Source: an uncultured Kiritimatiellota bacterium
GTDB taxonomy: Bacteria > Verrucomicrobiota > Kiritimatiellia > RFP12 > UBA1067
Length of the DNA: 64,000 nt
Assembly: GCA_934635225.1 (NCBI GenBank)
Contig: CAKTYZ010000003.1
Location: 99,210 to 163,209, forward strand
Reading direction: 5' to 3'
Shown here in pieces: positions 9,009 to 17,949 of the stretch. The number at the start of each line of letters is the position of its first letter. The first letter of the stretch is position 1. Both the position numbers and the translations under genes were made by a program. A model generated the notes under the pieces. That model saw nothing but the letters and a program-made list of their open reading frames with translations, did not search any database and was not told where the DNA came from.

Positions 9009-9941
9009 TTATTTCTCCAGATTTGCCACGGCAAGCGCCGCATAATCACCGATGTTCTCCGAAAGTCCCGCCGGGACGATCCGACAGACTTGGCGGGCAA
9101 GCGGCAACGCCTCCCGTTCAAGAATCGGCTGCACCTCGCGCAAGAAACGCGCGGACTGACGCATGAAGACACCGCCCAAAACAATCATTTCAGGATTAAG
9201 AACGTCAATCACATACGCGAGAATCATTCCAAGATGCGCAGCCGATTCCCTGAAGACTTCCGTACAGAACGCATCACCTGCATCCATACGAAGAAACAGT
9301 TCCTTTGCGCTGAAGCCCTCCGGCAAGTCAAGCCCCTTCTCTTGCGCCCGAATCCGCGCGAGCTTCGCCATCCCCGCGCCTGAACAGAACCCCTCGGCGC
9401 TGCCGGCCTTGTTGTAGCCAACTGGCCCCGTCGGCGCGAGGCGAATGTGCCCGATTTCGCCGGCATTGTCGTTCGTGCCGGCATAAAGCCGTCCATTCAG
9501 GATGAGACCCGCCCCAAGCCCTGTTCCAAACGTCATGAACACCATGTTTCGCGTGCCTCGTCCCGCACCGAACTTCCATTCCGCGTATGCGCAGGCATTC
9601 GCGTCATTTTGGAGATGGACCGGGACCGTGTAGCGATCCGCAAAGAACTGCACGACAGGCACCTCGTCCCAACCCGGCAGGTTCGGCGGGGAGAGGATGA
9701 CACCGCGCGCCGAGTCCAACGGTCCGCCGCAGGAGACCCCGACGTTCGCAATCCGATGCGCCGCGCCCGCAAAGTAGGCGTCAATCCGCTGACGAAACGA
9801 CTCCAGGACCGTCTGCCACGCAAGTCCTGCCGTCGGGAACTCCTCACGGTGCAGAATCTTCACCGAATCCGTCGTACAGTCGCCGATGGACAACGCGCAC
9901 TTCGTTCCTCCAATGTCTACGCCAACAGATACGTCGCTCAT
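9009..9941 (-). CDS. ROK-family sugar kinase (glucokinase / N-acetylglucosamine kinase-like)
   Basis: 310 aa. VGVDIGGTK, then a GAGLGAGLIL-type Gly-rich loop and the ROK Cys/His cluster region. Confidence 0.8.
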   Translation of the reverse strand: MSDVSVGVDIGGTKCALSIGDCTTDSVKILHREEFPTAGLAWQTVLESFRQRIDAYFAGAAHRIANVGVSCGGPLDSARGVILSPPNLPGWDEVPVVQFFADRYTVPVHLQNDANACAYAEWKFGAGRGTRNMVFMTFGTGLGAGLILNGRLYAGTNDNAGEIGHIRLAPTGPVGYNKAGSAEGFCSGAGMAKLARIRAQEKGLDLPEGFSAKELFLRMDAGDAFCTEVFRESAAHLGMILAYVIDVLNPEMIVLGGVFMRQSARFLREVQPILEREALPLARQVCRIVPAGLSENIGDYAALAVANLEK

Positions 9942-9951
9942 TCGCCTCCTT

Positions 9952-12900
9952 TTAAATGGCCGTCACATCCCATTTCTCGGTCGTGGGCCTCGCCTCAAGC
10001 TTGAAACCCTGCACATCCTTCAGGCGAAGTTCGGGATGAAGTTCCTCCGCCTTCCACAGGCGCAAAACCGGACCGTCCACGCCTTCGGCGCGCACATCAC
10101 GCAAGTCAAGAAGCCGAACATAGGCCCCGCGCATGAATTCCCGCACAGGGTCCCGAAACGCCATTTCGCAAGCATTCAGGCGCAACACCAGCGGCACACG
10201 CGCATCCGCCCAGACGTTGAGCGGCTGACCGATGTTCCGAGCCTTGACTCGACAGAAGGCGATGTCCGCCAACGGTGCGCCCTTCTGCCAGATTTCATTG
10301 CCGGAAAAATTGTAATGGAGAAAACGGTCCGCTCCGTCAATCTCGCAGTCTTCGACGACGATATCACCCGGAGGATTGCGAATCGGCTGAAGGAAATCAG
10401 CGAAATAGGTCCAGAACGAAAGCAAATTGTGACGTCCGATTCCCTGGCAGTCGTTCCCGGCAATCTGATCTGCACGCGGCAGGGTATTGCGAATCGGCCA
10501 CTCACCCGGCCCCCAGACCTTGACCCGCCGCACACGCACATGCGTGCCGCCGAAACGAAAGGCGCTGCATGCCGTGTTGAGACGGCAGTCCTCAACCAGC
10601 ACATCCGTGTTGTCATACCCCGCGATGCAGTCGTCTCCGCACCGGATGTCGCAATTCCGAACCGTCACGCGATCGCACCCGCGCATATGGACACCGTCAT
10701 GTCCGCCACGTATGGTCAAGTTCTCGAAACAGAGGTCCGCGCACGTATTGAAGTGATTCGCCCAGTTCCCCGTGCGCCGAAGCTCGATGCCGCGCACCAA
10801 GACGTTCGTCGATCCAAACGCATTGATGCCATGCGCCCCCCGAAAGCCCTCCTCGCCCTGCGGATCGAAAGAGTTGTTTCCGTCGATCACACTTCCGCGC
10901 TCGCCGAGAATCACCACGTTCGTCGCCGCAACAAGACGGATGACGCCGCGATTCCAACGCGCTGCAGGATTCGTGAGCGGATGCCGATAGTCCTTCGAAC
11001 GCTTGGCGATGGGGAGCCACAACGCCTGCCGCGCCGAAGCGAGGACTCCCGGCGGCAGAGGCTCAACCTCGTCGGCCTCGAGAATGTCATACGCATCCAA
11101 ATCCCGCGAAGCGGAGAGGACGGCATTCTCGAGCAAATGAAGCGTCACGTTCGACCGCACACGCAAAGACGAGATCCTGTGGACTCCCGGCGCAATCTCG
11201 ACTGTTCCGCCTCCCTGCCGCCACACCGCATCAATCTGGCCCTGAATCTCCGCCGTTTCATCGGTCAGCGCGTCCGGAAGCCATTTCTTGACCCGTTTCC
11301 AGTCGAACGGCGGTTCACCATAAAGGAAGTGATTCACATAAGGCTTGCCATCCAGCGTCGCATCGATCTGGATGACGCCCTGACCTGAAAACGCTACAGA
11401 GCCCAATTCGACCTTGCCATTCGCAGGAATCCGGAAGGTCTTCTCCAGCAAGACCGTCTCCGTCTCCAAGTCCGTCAAGCGCGCCGTGCCTTCTATCGGA
11501 CGACGCGCGTCATTCACCGCCCACGCCTTGTGGTCATCGGTCACGCAGACGATTTGGTCGCGCTGGGCGTTCTTGAGCGCGAAGTAGGCGCGCTTCTTGC
11601 CGCCATACCAGTCCACGACCGCGTCCGAGATGACCGGCCAGCCGTCTCGCACGTTCCACCAGATCAGCCCATTTGAGCGCGTGAACTTACGGCTGCGGAA
11701 GAGTTCGCAGAACGTCTTCATCGCCTCGGCTTGAACGAACTGGCTCTGCGCAATGAACGTGTCGAGATCCGTCTCGACACCGCCAAACATCAAACGGACC
11801 TGATTCGTCATGAGCGAATTGCGACGCTGTCCAAACGAGCCGACACGCCAATCAACCGCCTTGAAAACCCACTCGTCGTTCCAGCGAAGTTCCGAAGGAT
11901 TCTTGAGAAACGACGCCGACGCGGTCACCCATGGATAGACATTCGACGCGGTCATCATCCGTTCGAGAGACGCGCGATTCGGGCATCCATGATACCCCAT
12001 CTCGGAGACGAACCACGCGGGGCTATTCGTGTAGTAGTCCGTCTTGTACGCGCCACGTGCCCCCCAAAGATGGTCCTCGGACGGCTGGGCGCGCCTCGCG
12101 AAGACATCCGGCGAGACATACGGCGAACTCGGCAGATAGGGCCGCGTCACGTCGAACTCGTAGATGACATCCGCCAGCGTGCGACGACTGTTGCGGTCAC
12201 CATTCGGGTCGCGTCCCAAAGCCCCGAGCTGCCACGACGCCGCCTGGTCGTTCTCGTTGTTGCCGCTCCACAAGACAAGCGACGCGCGGTTGCGCAAACG
12301 CAATATGACCGACCGCGCCTCGGCCTCCGTCTGCTTCGCGTAGTCGTCCCCCTGCGGGAAGACGCTGCACCCGGTCATGAAGTCCTGCCAGACCATAAGG
12401 CCGTTCGCGTCACACCAATCGAAAAACGCATCCGGCTCATACACGCCACCGCCCCAAACACGGACCATGTTGCAGTTCAGGTCCTTAAAGAGTTCCAGCG
12501 TCTCGACAATCCGGTCTTTCTGCCGCGACGGAATCGCGTCAAGCGGAACCCAGTTCGACCCTCGGACATAGCAGGGCTCGCCGTTGATCTTGAAGAGGAA
12601 CTGTCCGGGACGCTCGGGGCCGTAGACGTCTTCGCGCACAAGCTCAACCGTCCGCACGCCAATCTTCTCCGCATGCGAGGCCAGAACACGCCCGTCATCG
12701 CCCTGCACCTCAAAACGCGCTTCATACAGCGCGGGTTCGCCAGAGCCGCGCGGCCACCAAAGATCAGGGCGGTCCAGACGAAGCCGCAAATTAGGGAAAT
12801 GCCCCGTCAGCGTCTGTTCGGCCTTCGCCGCGAGCCTGCCGTTCCGCGTCAGCGTCGCGACAATCTTCGCATGGTCCAGCGTGGAAAACGGCGACCGCAC

Positions 12901-13605
12901 GCGACAGCGCGCAATCAGATCGGCGAAAGCCCTTTTCGCGTCAAGAGAACGGACGATCCACGCCGTTTGGTCAATCTGCACGGGGCCTTCGACCCTCAGC
13001 GAAACATCGCGCCAAAGGCCGCTGACAAAGGCCCGAGGCAGAATGTCCCAGCCGCCCATGTGCCCCGCCTTCCGGAACGGCTCCCCGTCCGCACCGCCAC
13101 TCATCGAATAGCCGAGTTCGCCCAATGTCGCGTCCTGCGCCTCGCACATCACGCTCCGCAACAGGACCTGTACCGTGTTCATGCCATCACGCAACCGCGA
13201 CGTTATGTCAAAGCGATGTGGGATCAACATATTAGAGGACCCACCGATCTTTTCGCCGTTCAGGAAGTAGTCCGCCAACGTATCAACACCGTCAAAACAC
13301 AACAGAACGCGTCCGCCCGGTGGGATGGACGGCTTCTCGAATGCCCGCGCATAAAGCCACTGGTAACCTTCATACGGACGCAACAGACGGGCGTTAAGGC
13401 CGACCTCTGGCACGGGCAAGTCACCCGCTCGCACAAGATCAAGTTCACAATTTCCGGGAACAGTCGCCGTGACGGTTCTCACCTGAAGTCCCGAGGGCAA
13501 GGGAAGGGACCGAACGGCCCCTGCGTCCGGCTGGGGAAATGCGTCAAGACGCCAGTCGCCGTTCAACGACAGAACAGCGGCAATCACACAAAGGGCATTT
13601 ATCAT
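9952..13605 (-). CDS. secreted bifunctional glycoside hydrolase: GH2 (beta-mannosidase-like) N-terminal module fused to a GH28-like right-handed beta-helix module
   Basis: 1217 aa with a signal peptide. GH2 blocks: LCFDGVDTLADYFLNGEKIG, NCNMVRVWGGGVYEP..NGLMVWQDFM and WSGNNEN (beta-mannosidase-type). C-terminal about 430 aa carry NCDIRCGDDCIAGYDN and repeated NxTI(R/L) beta-helix turns typical of GH28. Confidence 0.7.
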   Translation of the reverse strand: MINALCVIAAVLSLNGDWRLDAFPQPDAGAVRSLPLPSGLQVRTVTATVPGNCELDLVRAGDLPVPEVGLNARLLRPYEGYQWLYARAFEKPSIPPGGRVLLCFDGVDTLADYFLNGEKIGGSSNMLIPHRFDITSRLRDGMNTVQVLLRSVMCEAQDATLGELGYSMSGGADGEPFRKAGHMGGWDILPRAFVSGLWRDVSLRVEGPVQIDQTAWIVRSLDAKRAFADLIARCRVRSPFSTLDHAKIVATLTRNGRLAAKAEQTLTGHFPNLRLRLDRPDLWWPRGSGEPALYEARFEVQGDDGRVLASHAEKIGVRTVELVREDVYGPERPGQFLFKINGEPCYVRGSNWVPLDAIPSRQKDRIVETLELFKDLNCNMVRVWGGGVYEPDAFFDWCDANGLMVWQDFMTGCSVFPQGDDYAKQTEAEARSVILRLRNRASLVLWSGNNENDQAASWQLGALGRDPNGDRNSRRTLADVIYEFDVTRPYLPSSPYVSPDVFARRAQPSEDHLWGARGAYKTDYYTNSPAWFVSEMGYHGCPNRASLERMMTASNVYPWVTASASFLKNPSELRWNDEWVFKAVDWRVGSFGQRRNSLMTNQVRLMFGGVETDLDTFIAQSQFVQAEAMKTFCELFRSRKFTRSNGLIWWNVRDGWPVISDAVVDWYGGKKRAYFALKNAQRDQIVCVTDDHKAWAVNDARRPIEGTARLTDLETETVLLEKTFRIPANGKVELGSVAFSGQGVIQIDATLDGKPYVNHFLYGEPPFDWKRVKKWLPDALTDETAEIQGQIDAVWRQGGGTVEIAPGVHRISSLRVRSNVTLHLLENAVLSASRDLDAYDILEADEVEPLPPGVLASARQALWLPIAKRSKDYRHPLTNPAARWNRGVIRLVAATNVVILGERGSVIDGNNSFDPQGEEGFRGAHGINAFGSTNVLVRGIELRRTGNWANHFNTCADLCFENLTIRGGHDGVHMRGCDRVTVRNCDIRCGDDCIAGYDNTDVLVEDCRLNTACSAFRFGGTHVRVRRVKVWGPGEWPIRNTLPRADQIAGNDCQGIGRHNLLSFWTYFADFLQPIRNPPGDIVVEDCEIDGADRFLHYNFSGNEIWQKGAPLADIAFCRVKARNIGQPLNVWADARVPLVLRLNACEMAFRDPVREFMRGAYVRLLDLRDVRAEGVDGPVLRLWKAEELHPELRLKDVQGFKLEARPTTEKWDVTAI

Positions 13606-13696
13606 GCGAGATCCTTCCTACTTTGTCATTATCCCGATTCAAGGTAATGGGAATTATAGCAAATCTCCCATCCCCTCTGCAAACTGCGGCAGAAGA

Positions 13697-13898
13697 CGAA
13701 AATGGTACCAAAATGGTAATATCTAACGGGTCAGCAAAGAAGAGAGGCAGGCCATGGGGATCGACAAGGAGAGAAAGCGAACAACGCCACCCCATAGATG
13801 CCGGGGACGGCCCGGAACGGATGCTTCAACCGATGCGGATGGAAGGGGCGTCTCCATGCGGATGGATGAGCCGCCTCCATGCGGATGGGCCGTGGGGA
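13697..13898. repeat. copy 1 of a duplicated ~200-bp intergenic element ending in tandem 22-bp CCATGCGGATGG-containing units
   Basis: Direct sequence comparison with 55935-56136. They share an exact 36-mer AAAATGGTAATATCTAACGGGTCAGCAAAGAAGAGA, then about 130 nt at roughly 85-90% identity, then 2 (here) or 3 (copy 2) tandem units CCATGCGGATGG(A/G)TGAGCC.CC.C. Confidence 0.7.
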
Positions 13899-13981
13899 GC
13901 CTGTCCCTGCCGGGACGCGACGCGTTTCAAGAGCGCATCCCCTCGTCAGAAGGCCTGAAGCAAGGCCGAGTCACAAGTCGT

Positions 13982-14343
13982 TCATTCGCCGCGCAGCCGC
14001 CAGCCGAGCGGCGCGACCGCCAAGCCGTCCGGCAGGGCGTAGGGCCTGTCCGCATAGTTGACGACGATCTCCGTTCCGTCCGACCAGCGCGTCGCGTAGA
14101 CGCCCTCGGCTCGCGGTCCTCGTAGGCGCGAAAGATCCGTTGGACGCCCTCCTTCAGCGCTGCGTTCGAGAGGCCCGTCTCAGGATCGCTCACGTCCGTC
14201 CGCCACTTCCATTCGAGGTAGAGCGGCATGTTCGTGAGCGTGGCGGCGGGCGACGCCTTACGCTGGGGCACGACCCACTCCTCGCCGCGTCCGGACGCGC
14301 CAAAAGCCGCAAGCGCGACAAGAATTCCGCAGATGATTCTCAT
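13982..14343 (-). CDS. small secreted hypothetical protein with an apparent -1 frameshift near 14110
   Basis: Signal peptide MRIICGILVALAAFGASG. The frame is sensible to ..QRIFRAYEDREP, then turns Arg-rich. My translation of the -1 frame continues plausibly (EGVYATRWSDGTEIVVNYADRPYALPDGLAVAPLGWRLRGE*) to a stop at 13982-13984. Confidence 0.3.
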
Positions 14344-14359
14344 TTATGCGCCTCCTTCA

Positions 14360-15832
14360 TCACTTCTCATTTGGACCGGACATCGCAGCGTCCGACGCGA
14401 CAGGGACAACAACGAATCCCCACGGGCCGAGGTCGAACGACCGCGCGCCCGTGCGCCGTGCGTCACGCACGAGGAGGGGCGTATCCGCGAGGTGGCCCTT
14501 CACGTCGCGGTCGGTGTCATCCGCCGCAAGATAGCTGGGACGGTCGGCCTTTAAGACGGCAAACGAGACGTCACAGACCACCTTCTCGTCGCTCCAGTTC
14601 TGGACGACCAGAACCGTCTCGCCCTTCCCGCGCCGGACGAACGCCGTCACCTGCTCCGGCGCGGTCGTGTCGAGCCAGACGAGGCCGTCGATCCCGTTCG
14701 CCGCCGTGAAGGCGGGATGCGCGCGGCGCAGGGCCGCCAGCCGCTTCACGAAGGCATGACGAGACTTCCCGACGCCGCGTGCGAGCTGCGACCAGTCCAT
14801 CGGCGTCTTGCCGAACATCGAGTGGCGCGGGTCCGCGTCGGCGATCTCGTTGCCCTGGAACAGCATCGGGACGCCGTCGACCGTGAACATCCAGACGAGC
14901 ACCTGCTCGACCTTCCGCGCGCCCCAGGCGGCCTCGCAACGCGGCCGCGCGTCCGTGGCGATGTCGTGGTTCTCGTAGTGGTTCACGAACCGCGCCCCGC
15001 GCGGACACTCGGCCTCGCGCGACGTCCAGGACGCGCGCACCTTCTGCGCCGAGAAGCCGGGGAATCCGCCGTAGTCCGCGTCAAAGCCCTTGTACTGGTC
15101 GCAGATCGTGAAGCCCTCGCACAGCAGCACCGCCTCGCCAGACGAGACCGCGTCCATCATGTCGTGCGCGTCGCACCAGAAGTCGAGCGGAATGCCGTCG
15201 CCGACGTCGCACCGGAAACCGTCGCAGCCGTACCGGGTCATCAGGTGCCGCATGTTGCCCATCAGGTACTTCCGCAGCGCCGGCTCGGCGAAGTTCAGCT
15301 TCGGAAAGCGCCACGGCCCCTTCTTCACGGTGCCGTCCGCGTTCCACCACGTGAACTCCAGATGCTCCTTCAGGAACGGGGCCGTCGGGCCGCAGTGGAG
15401 GTAGACGAGATCGAAGAGGACCTTCAGGCCCAGCGCGTGCGCCCATGCGCAGAAGTCCGCGAGATCCCGGTCCGTGCCGTACTCCTCGTCCACGTGGAAG
15501 TAGTCGGCGATGCGGTACTGGTTCTTCGGATTCTCGAATCCGCTGCGAATCTGCCGGGGGCTCCAGAACGACTTGTCCATCGACGTGTCCATCTTCATGA
15601 CAGGCACGAGGTAGACGATCGTCACGCCGAGATCCTTCAGGTACGGCAGCTTTTGCGCGATCGTCTTCAGCGTGCCCTCCGGCGTGAACGCGCGCGGCTG
15701 GATCTGGTACATGACGCCCTCCGTAAACCACGCGGGCGTCTTGCGCGCCTCCTGCATCCAGGCATTGGCGCCCAAGCCCACACGGGACAAGACCGCAAGC
15801 GACAGAATCATCAAAAGCTTTTTCATCGGCAT
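14360..15832 (-). CDS. secreted GH13-family alpha-amylase
   Basis: Signal peptide MPMKKLLMILSLAV. GH13 regions: DLVYLHCG, GFRCDVGDGIP (region II with catalytic Asp), FVNHYENHD (region IV). Strong SD GGAGAAAGGA. Confidence 0.8.
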   Translation of the reverse strand: MPMKKLLMILSLAVLSRVGLGANAWMQEARKTPAWFTEGVMYQIQPRAFTPEGTLKTIAQKLPYLKDLGVTIVYLVPVMKMDTSMDKSFWSPRQIRSGFENPKNQYRIADYFHVDEEYGTDRDLADFCAWAHALGLKVLFDLVYLHCGPTAPFLKEHLEFTWWNADGTVKKGPWRFPKLNFAEPALRKYLMGNMRHLMTRYGCDGFRCDVGDGIPLDFWCDAHDMMDAVSSGEAVLLCEGFTICDQYKGFDADYGGFPGFSAQKVRASWTSREAECPRGARFVNHYENHDIATDARPRCEAAWGARKVEQVLVWMFTVDGVPMLFQGNEIADADPRHSMFGKTPMDWSQLARGVGKSRHAFVKRLAALRRAHPAFTAANGIDGLVWLDTTAPEQVTAFVRRGKGETVLVVQNWSDEKVVCDVSFAVLKADRPSYLAADDTDRDVKGHLADTPLLVRDARRTGARSFDLGPWGFVVVPVASDAAMSGPNEK

Positions 15833-15843
15833 TTCCTTTCTCC

Positions 15844-17949
15844 TCACCGCGCCGCCGCCGGTGCTGTGTCTGCCACGGCGTCGCACAGTCCGCGGTAGTA
15901 GCCGAACGACTCGGCAAGCGGCAGTTCGTTGTCCTCGAAGTCCTTCTCGTACTCAATGAGGCAATAGCCGTCAAAGCCGACCTCGGCCAGCGCGGCGAAA
16001 ACGCCTTTCAGGTCGATGACGCCGCGCGGCCCTTCCTTGGCGCCGCCGCTCCGGTCGGCGGCGGAGATGTTCTTGAGATGGACTTCGCAAATGCGCTTGC
16101 CGTGCCGACGGATGAACGCGACAGGATCACGTCCCGCCCGAAGCTCGTGCCCGATGTCAAGGCAGACGCCGATGCGCACGTCCCGTTCGCCAATGCGCGC
16201 CAAAGCGGCCTCGCCCGTCGGATAGCACTGCGGCAGGTCTGGCCCGTGGTTGTGGATGGCCGCCCGGATGTCGTAGCGCTTGACGTATTTCTCGATGATG
16301 TCCAGCGCCTGATCAGACTCGACACGCACAGGCTTTCCGTCGACGACCGCGTCTTCATAGGGGACGCACGAGATGTACTTCATGCCGCAGCGCGCGGCGA
16401 AGGCGAAGAGCCGCGCGATTTCCGCCTCGCCCTTGCAGTAGGTCGGCCCGCACGAGACAAGCGTGACGCCCTGTGCGGCAAGCTTCGCCTTGTACGCGGC
16501 GATCTCGTCCGCCGTCGCGTCAAAATCCAGCGTCCCCTCCTTCAGCCCCATGTAATGGCAGTCGATCCGGTTCATGAACGCCAGCGCCCGGTCGAGATCC
16601 GTCTTCCAGAACGTGAAGCGCGCCATGCCCAGCCTGAACGGCAGGCGCCACGTCCGTGCGGACGGGCTTTCGACCGTGCGGATCGGCGGTTGCGTCACGC
16701 GCGTCAGCGAAAGCCGCCACGCGACGGGGTGCACGGCGGCGATCTGCGCATGCAGCGCGTCCGCCCGCGCCGACAGCTCGCGCCGCGCCGGATAGAGCTT
16801 CTCGAACGTGTCGAACATGCGGTTGCGCCAACCGCCCCACGCGAGAGACTTTGACTTCGGACGTTCGCCCTTGATCCAATTCGCCACGGCCGCCGCGTCC
16901 TCGCTGTCGATCTTGTCTTCGGCCATCCACGAGAGAACCTGCCCGAACACGCGGCGGTCCTGCGCCAGCCGCGCCAGCTGCCGCGTCGTCTCCAGTGTCC
17001 GGCGCGAACGGACCTGGTTCGGCGTCTCGCGTTCGGCGAGATTGACGCCCGCCGCCAAGTCCATCGCCGTGAACGAGCCGAGCGACGCGCCGTCCGCCTT
17101 CAGCTCGTACAGGCCGGACGCGAGGTTCTTCACGACCAGCGTCTCGGTGTTCAGCCGCGAGGCGACGGGATAGACGGCGGCCAACTTGCGGTAGTCGGCA
17201 TCCACCGCGCACGGCAGCCCCTGCGGCGTATAGGACGCCTCAAGCGATGACGCACCCGCCGCGTCAAGTTCGACGCGCGAGAACTCGCCCTTCTCGCCCG
17301 TCGCCGACCAGATGAACGAGGCCATCAGCATATGACCCGCGAAGTCGGGGTGGATGCGGTCGTTGTTGAACCAGCGGTCGGGGTTGTCCTGGTAGATCTT
17401 GCGCATCGGCCCCATCAGGTCGACGAGCGGCAGTGCCTTCTCCTCGGCCAGCTTGCGCACCGCTTCCGCACAGGCGGACAGCTTCTCGTCGCTTCGCTCC
17501 AGCGGCTTGGGCTGATGTCCCCAGACGTCGTAGGGCGAGGGCGTGAGCAGCGTGACCGCCTTCCCGTCCGCCTGAAGCCGCCGGACGATTTCGCGCATCG
17601 CCTGCGGATACCTCTCCGCGCAGGCGTCGCTGCCGATGTCGTTCATGCCGAACATGACGAAGACGCGATCGACGTCCTTCGCGGCGGGCTCTTTCGCCCA
17701 CCGAGCCGCGCCGCCCCAGCTCGTGTCTCCGCTCTTGCCCATGTTCTCGAAGCGCGCGCCCTGTCCCGGATGGCGGATCGCCGTCAGGTACTCGAGATAG
17801 AACGCCTGGTTCCCGGCCTCGGAGATCGAGTCGCCGAAGAGGCCGATCCGCTCGTCCGCGCGAAACGGCGTCGGCGCCGTCGCCGCCATCGCCACTGTAG
17901 AAACGGTCATTGCGACCGCAAACAACAGTTCAGTTAGCTTCATTTTCAT
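15844..17949 (-). CDS. secreted fusion of an SGNH/GDSL hydrolase domain and a xylose-isomerase-like TIM-barrel (sugar-phosphate isomerase/epimerase) domain
   Basis: 701 aa. Signal peptide, GLFGDSISEAG (GDSL block I), MFGMNDIG (block III) and DRIHP (block V). The C-terminal roughly 280 aa match the AP-endonuclease-2 / xylose-isomerase-like TIM fold (..HNHGPD.., CLDIGHE, GYCLIEYE). Confidence 0.65.
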   Translation of the reverse strand: MKMKLTELLFAVAMTVSTVAMAATAPTPFRADERIGLFGDSISEAGNQAFYLEYLTAIRHPGQGARFENMGKSGDTSWGGAARWAKEPAAKDVDRVFVMFGMNDIGSDACAERYPQAMREIVRRLQADGKAVTLLTPSPYDVWGHQPKPLERSDEKLSACAEAVRKLAEEKALPLVDLMGPMRKIYQDNPDRWFNNDRIHPDFAGHMLMASFIWSATGEKGEFSRVELDAAGASSLEASYTPQGLPCAVDADYRKLAAVYPVASRLNTETLVVKNLASGLYELKADGASLGSFTAMDLAAGVNLAERETPNQVRSRRTLETTRQLARLAQDRRVFGQVLSWMAEDKIDSEDAAAVANWIKGERPKSKSLAWGGWRNRMFDTFEKLYPARRELSARADALHAQIAAVHPVAWRLSLTRVTQPPIRTVESPSARTWRLPFRLGMARFTFWKTDLDRALAFMNRIDCHYMGLKEGTLDFDATADEIAAYKAKLAAQGVTLVSCGPTYCKGEAEIARLFAFAARCGMKYISCVPYEDAVVDGKPVRVESDQALDIIEKYVKRYDIRAAIHNHGPDLPQCYPTGEAALARIGERDVRIGVCLDIGHELRAGRDPVAFIRRHGKRICEVHLKNISAADRSGGAKEGPRGVIDLKGVFAALAEVGFDGYCLIEYEKDFEDNELPLAESFGYYRGLCDAVADTAPAAAR

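Noticed and set aside
9886-13647. 500-aa and 638-aa plus-strand ORFs (9886-11388, 11731-13647)
   Set aside because: Both lie antisense to the GH2-GH28 gene, whose GH2 catalytic blocks are clear. Arg/Pro/Ala-rich low-complexity translation.
13831-13898. CRISPR array (tandem 22-bp CCATGCGGATGG units here and at 56060-56136)
   Set aside because: Only 2-3 contiguous units with no intervening unique spacers and no cas genes. This is a tandem repeat, not a CRISPR.
15081-15974. 297-aa minus-strand ORF overlapping the GH13 gene in another frame, plus the 393-aa plus ORF 14717-15898
   Set aside because: The GH13 frame carries conserved regions II and IV. The alternatives are Arg/Pro-rich nonsense.
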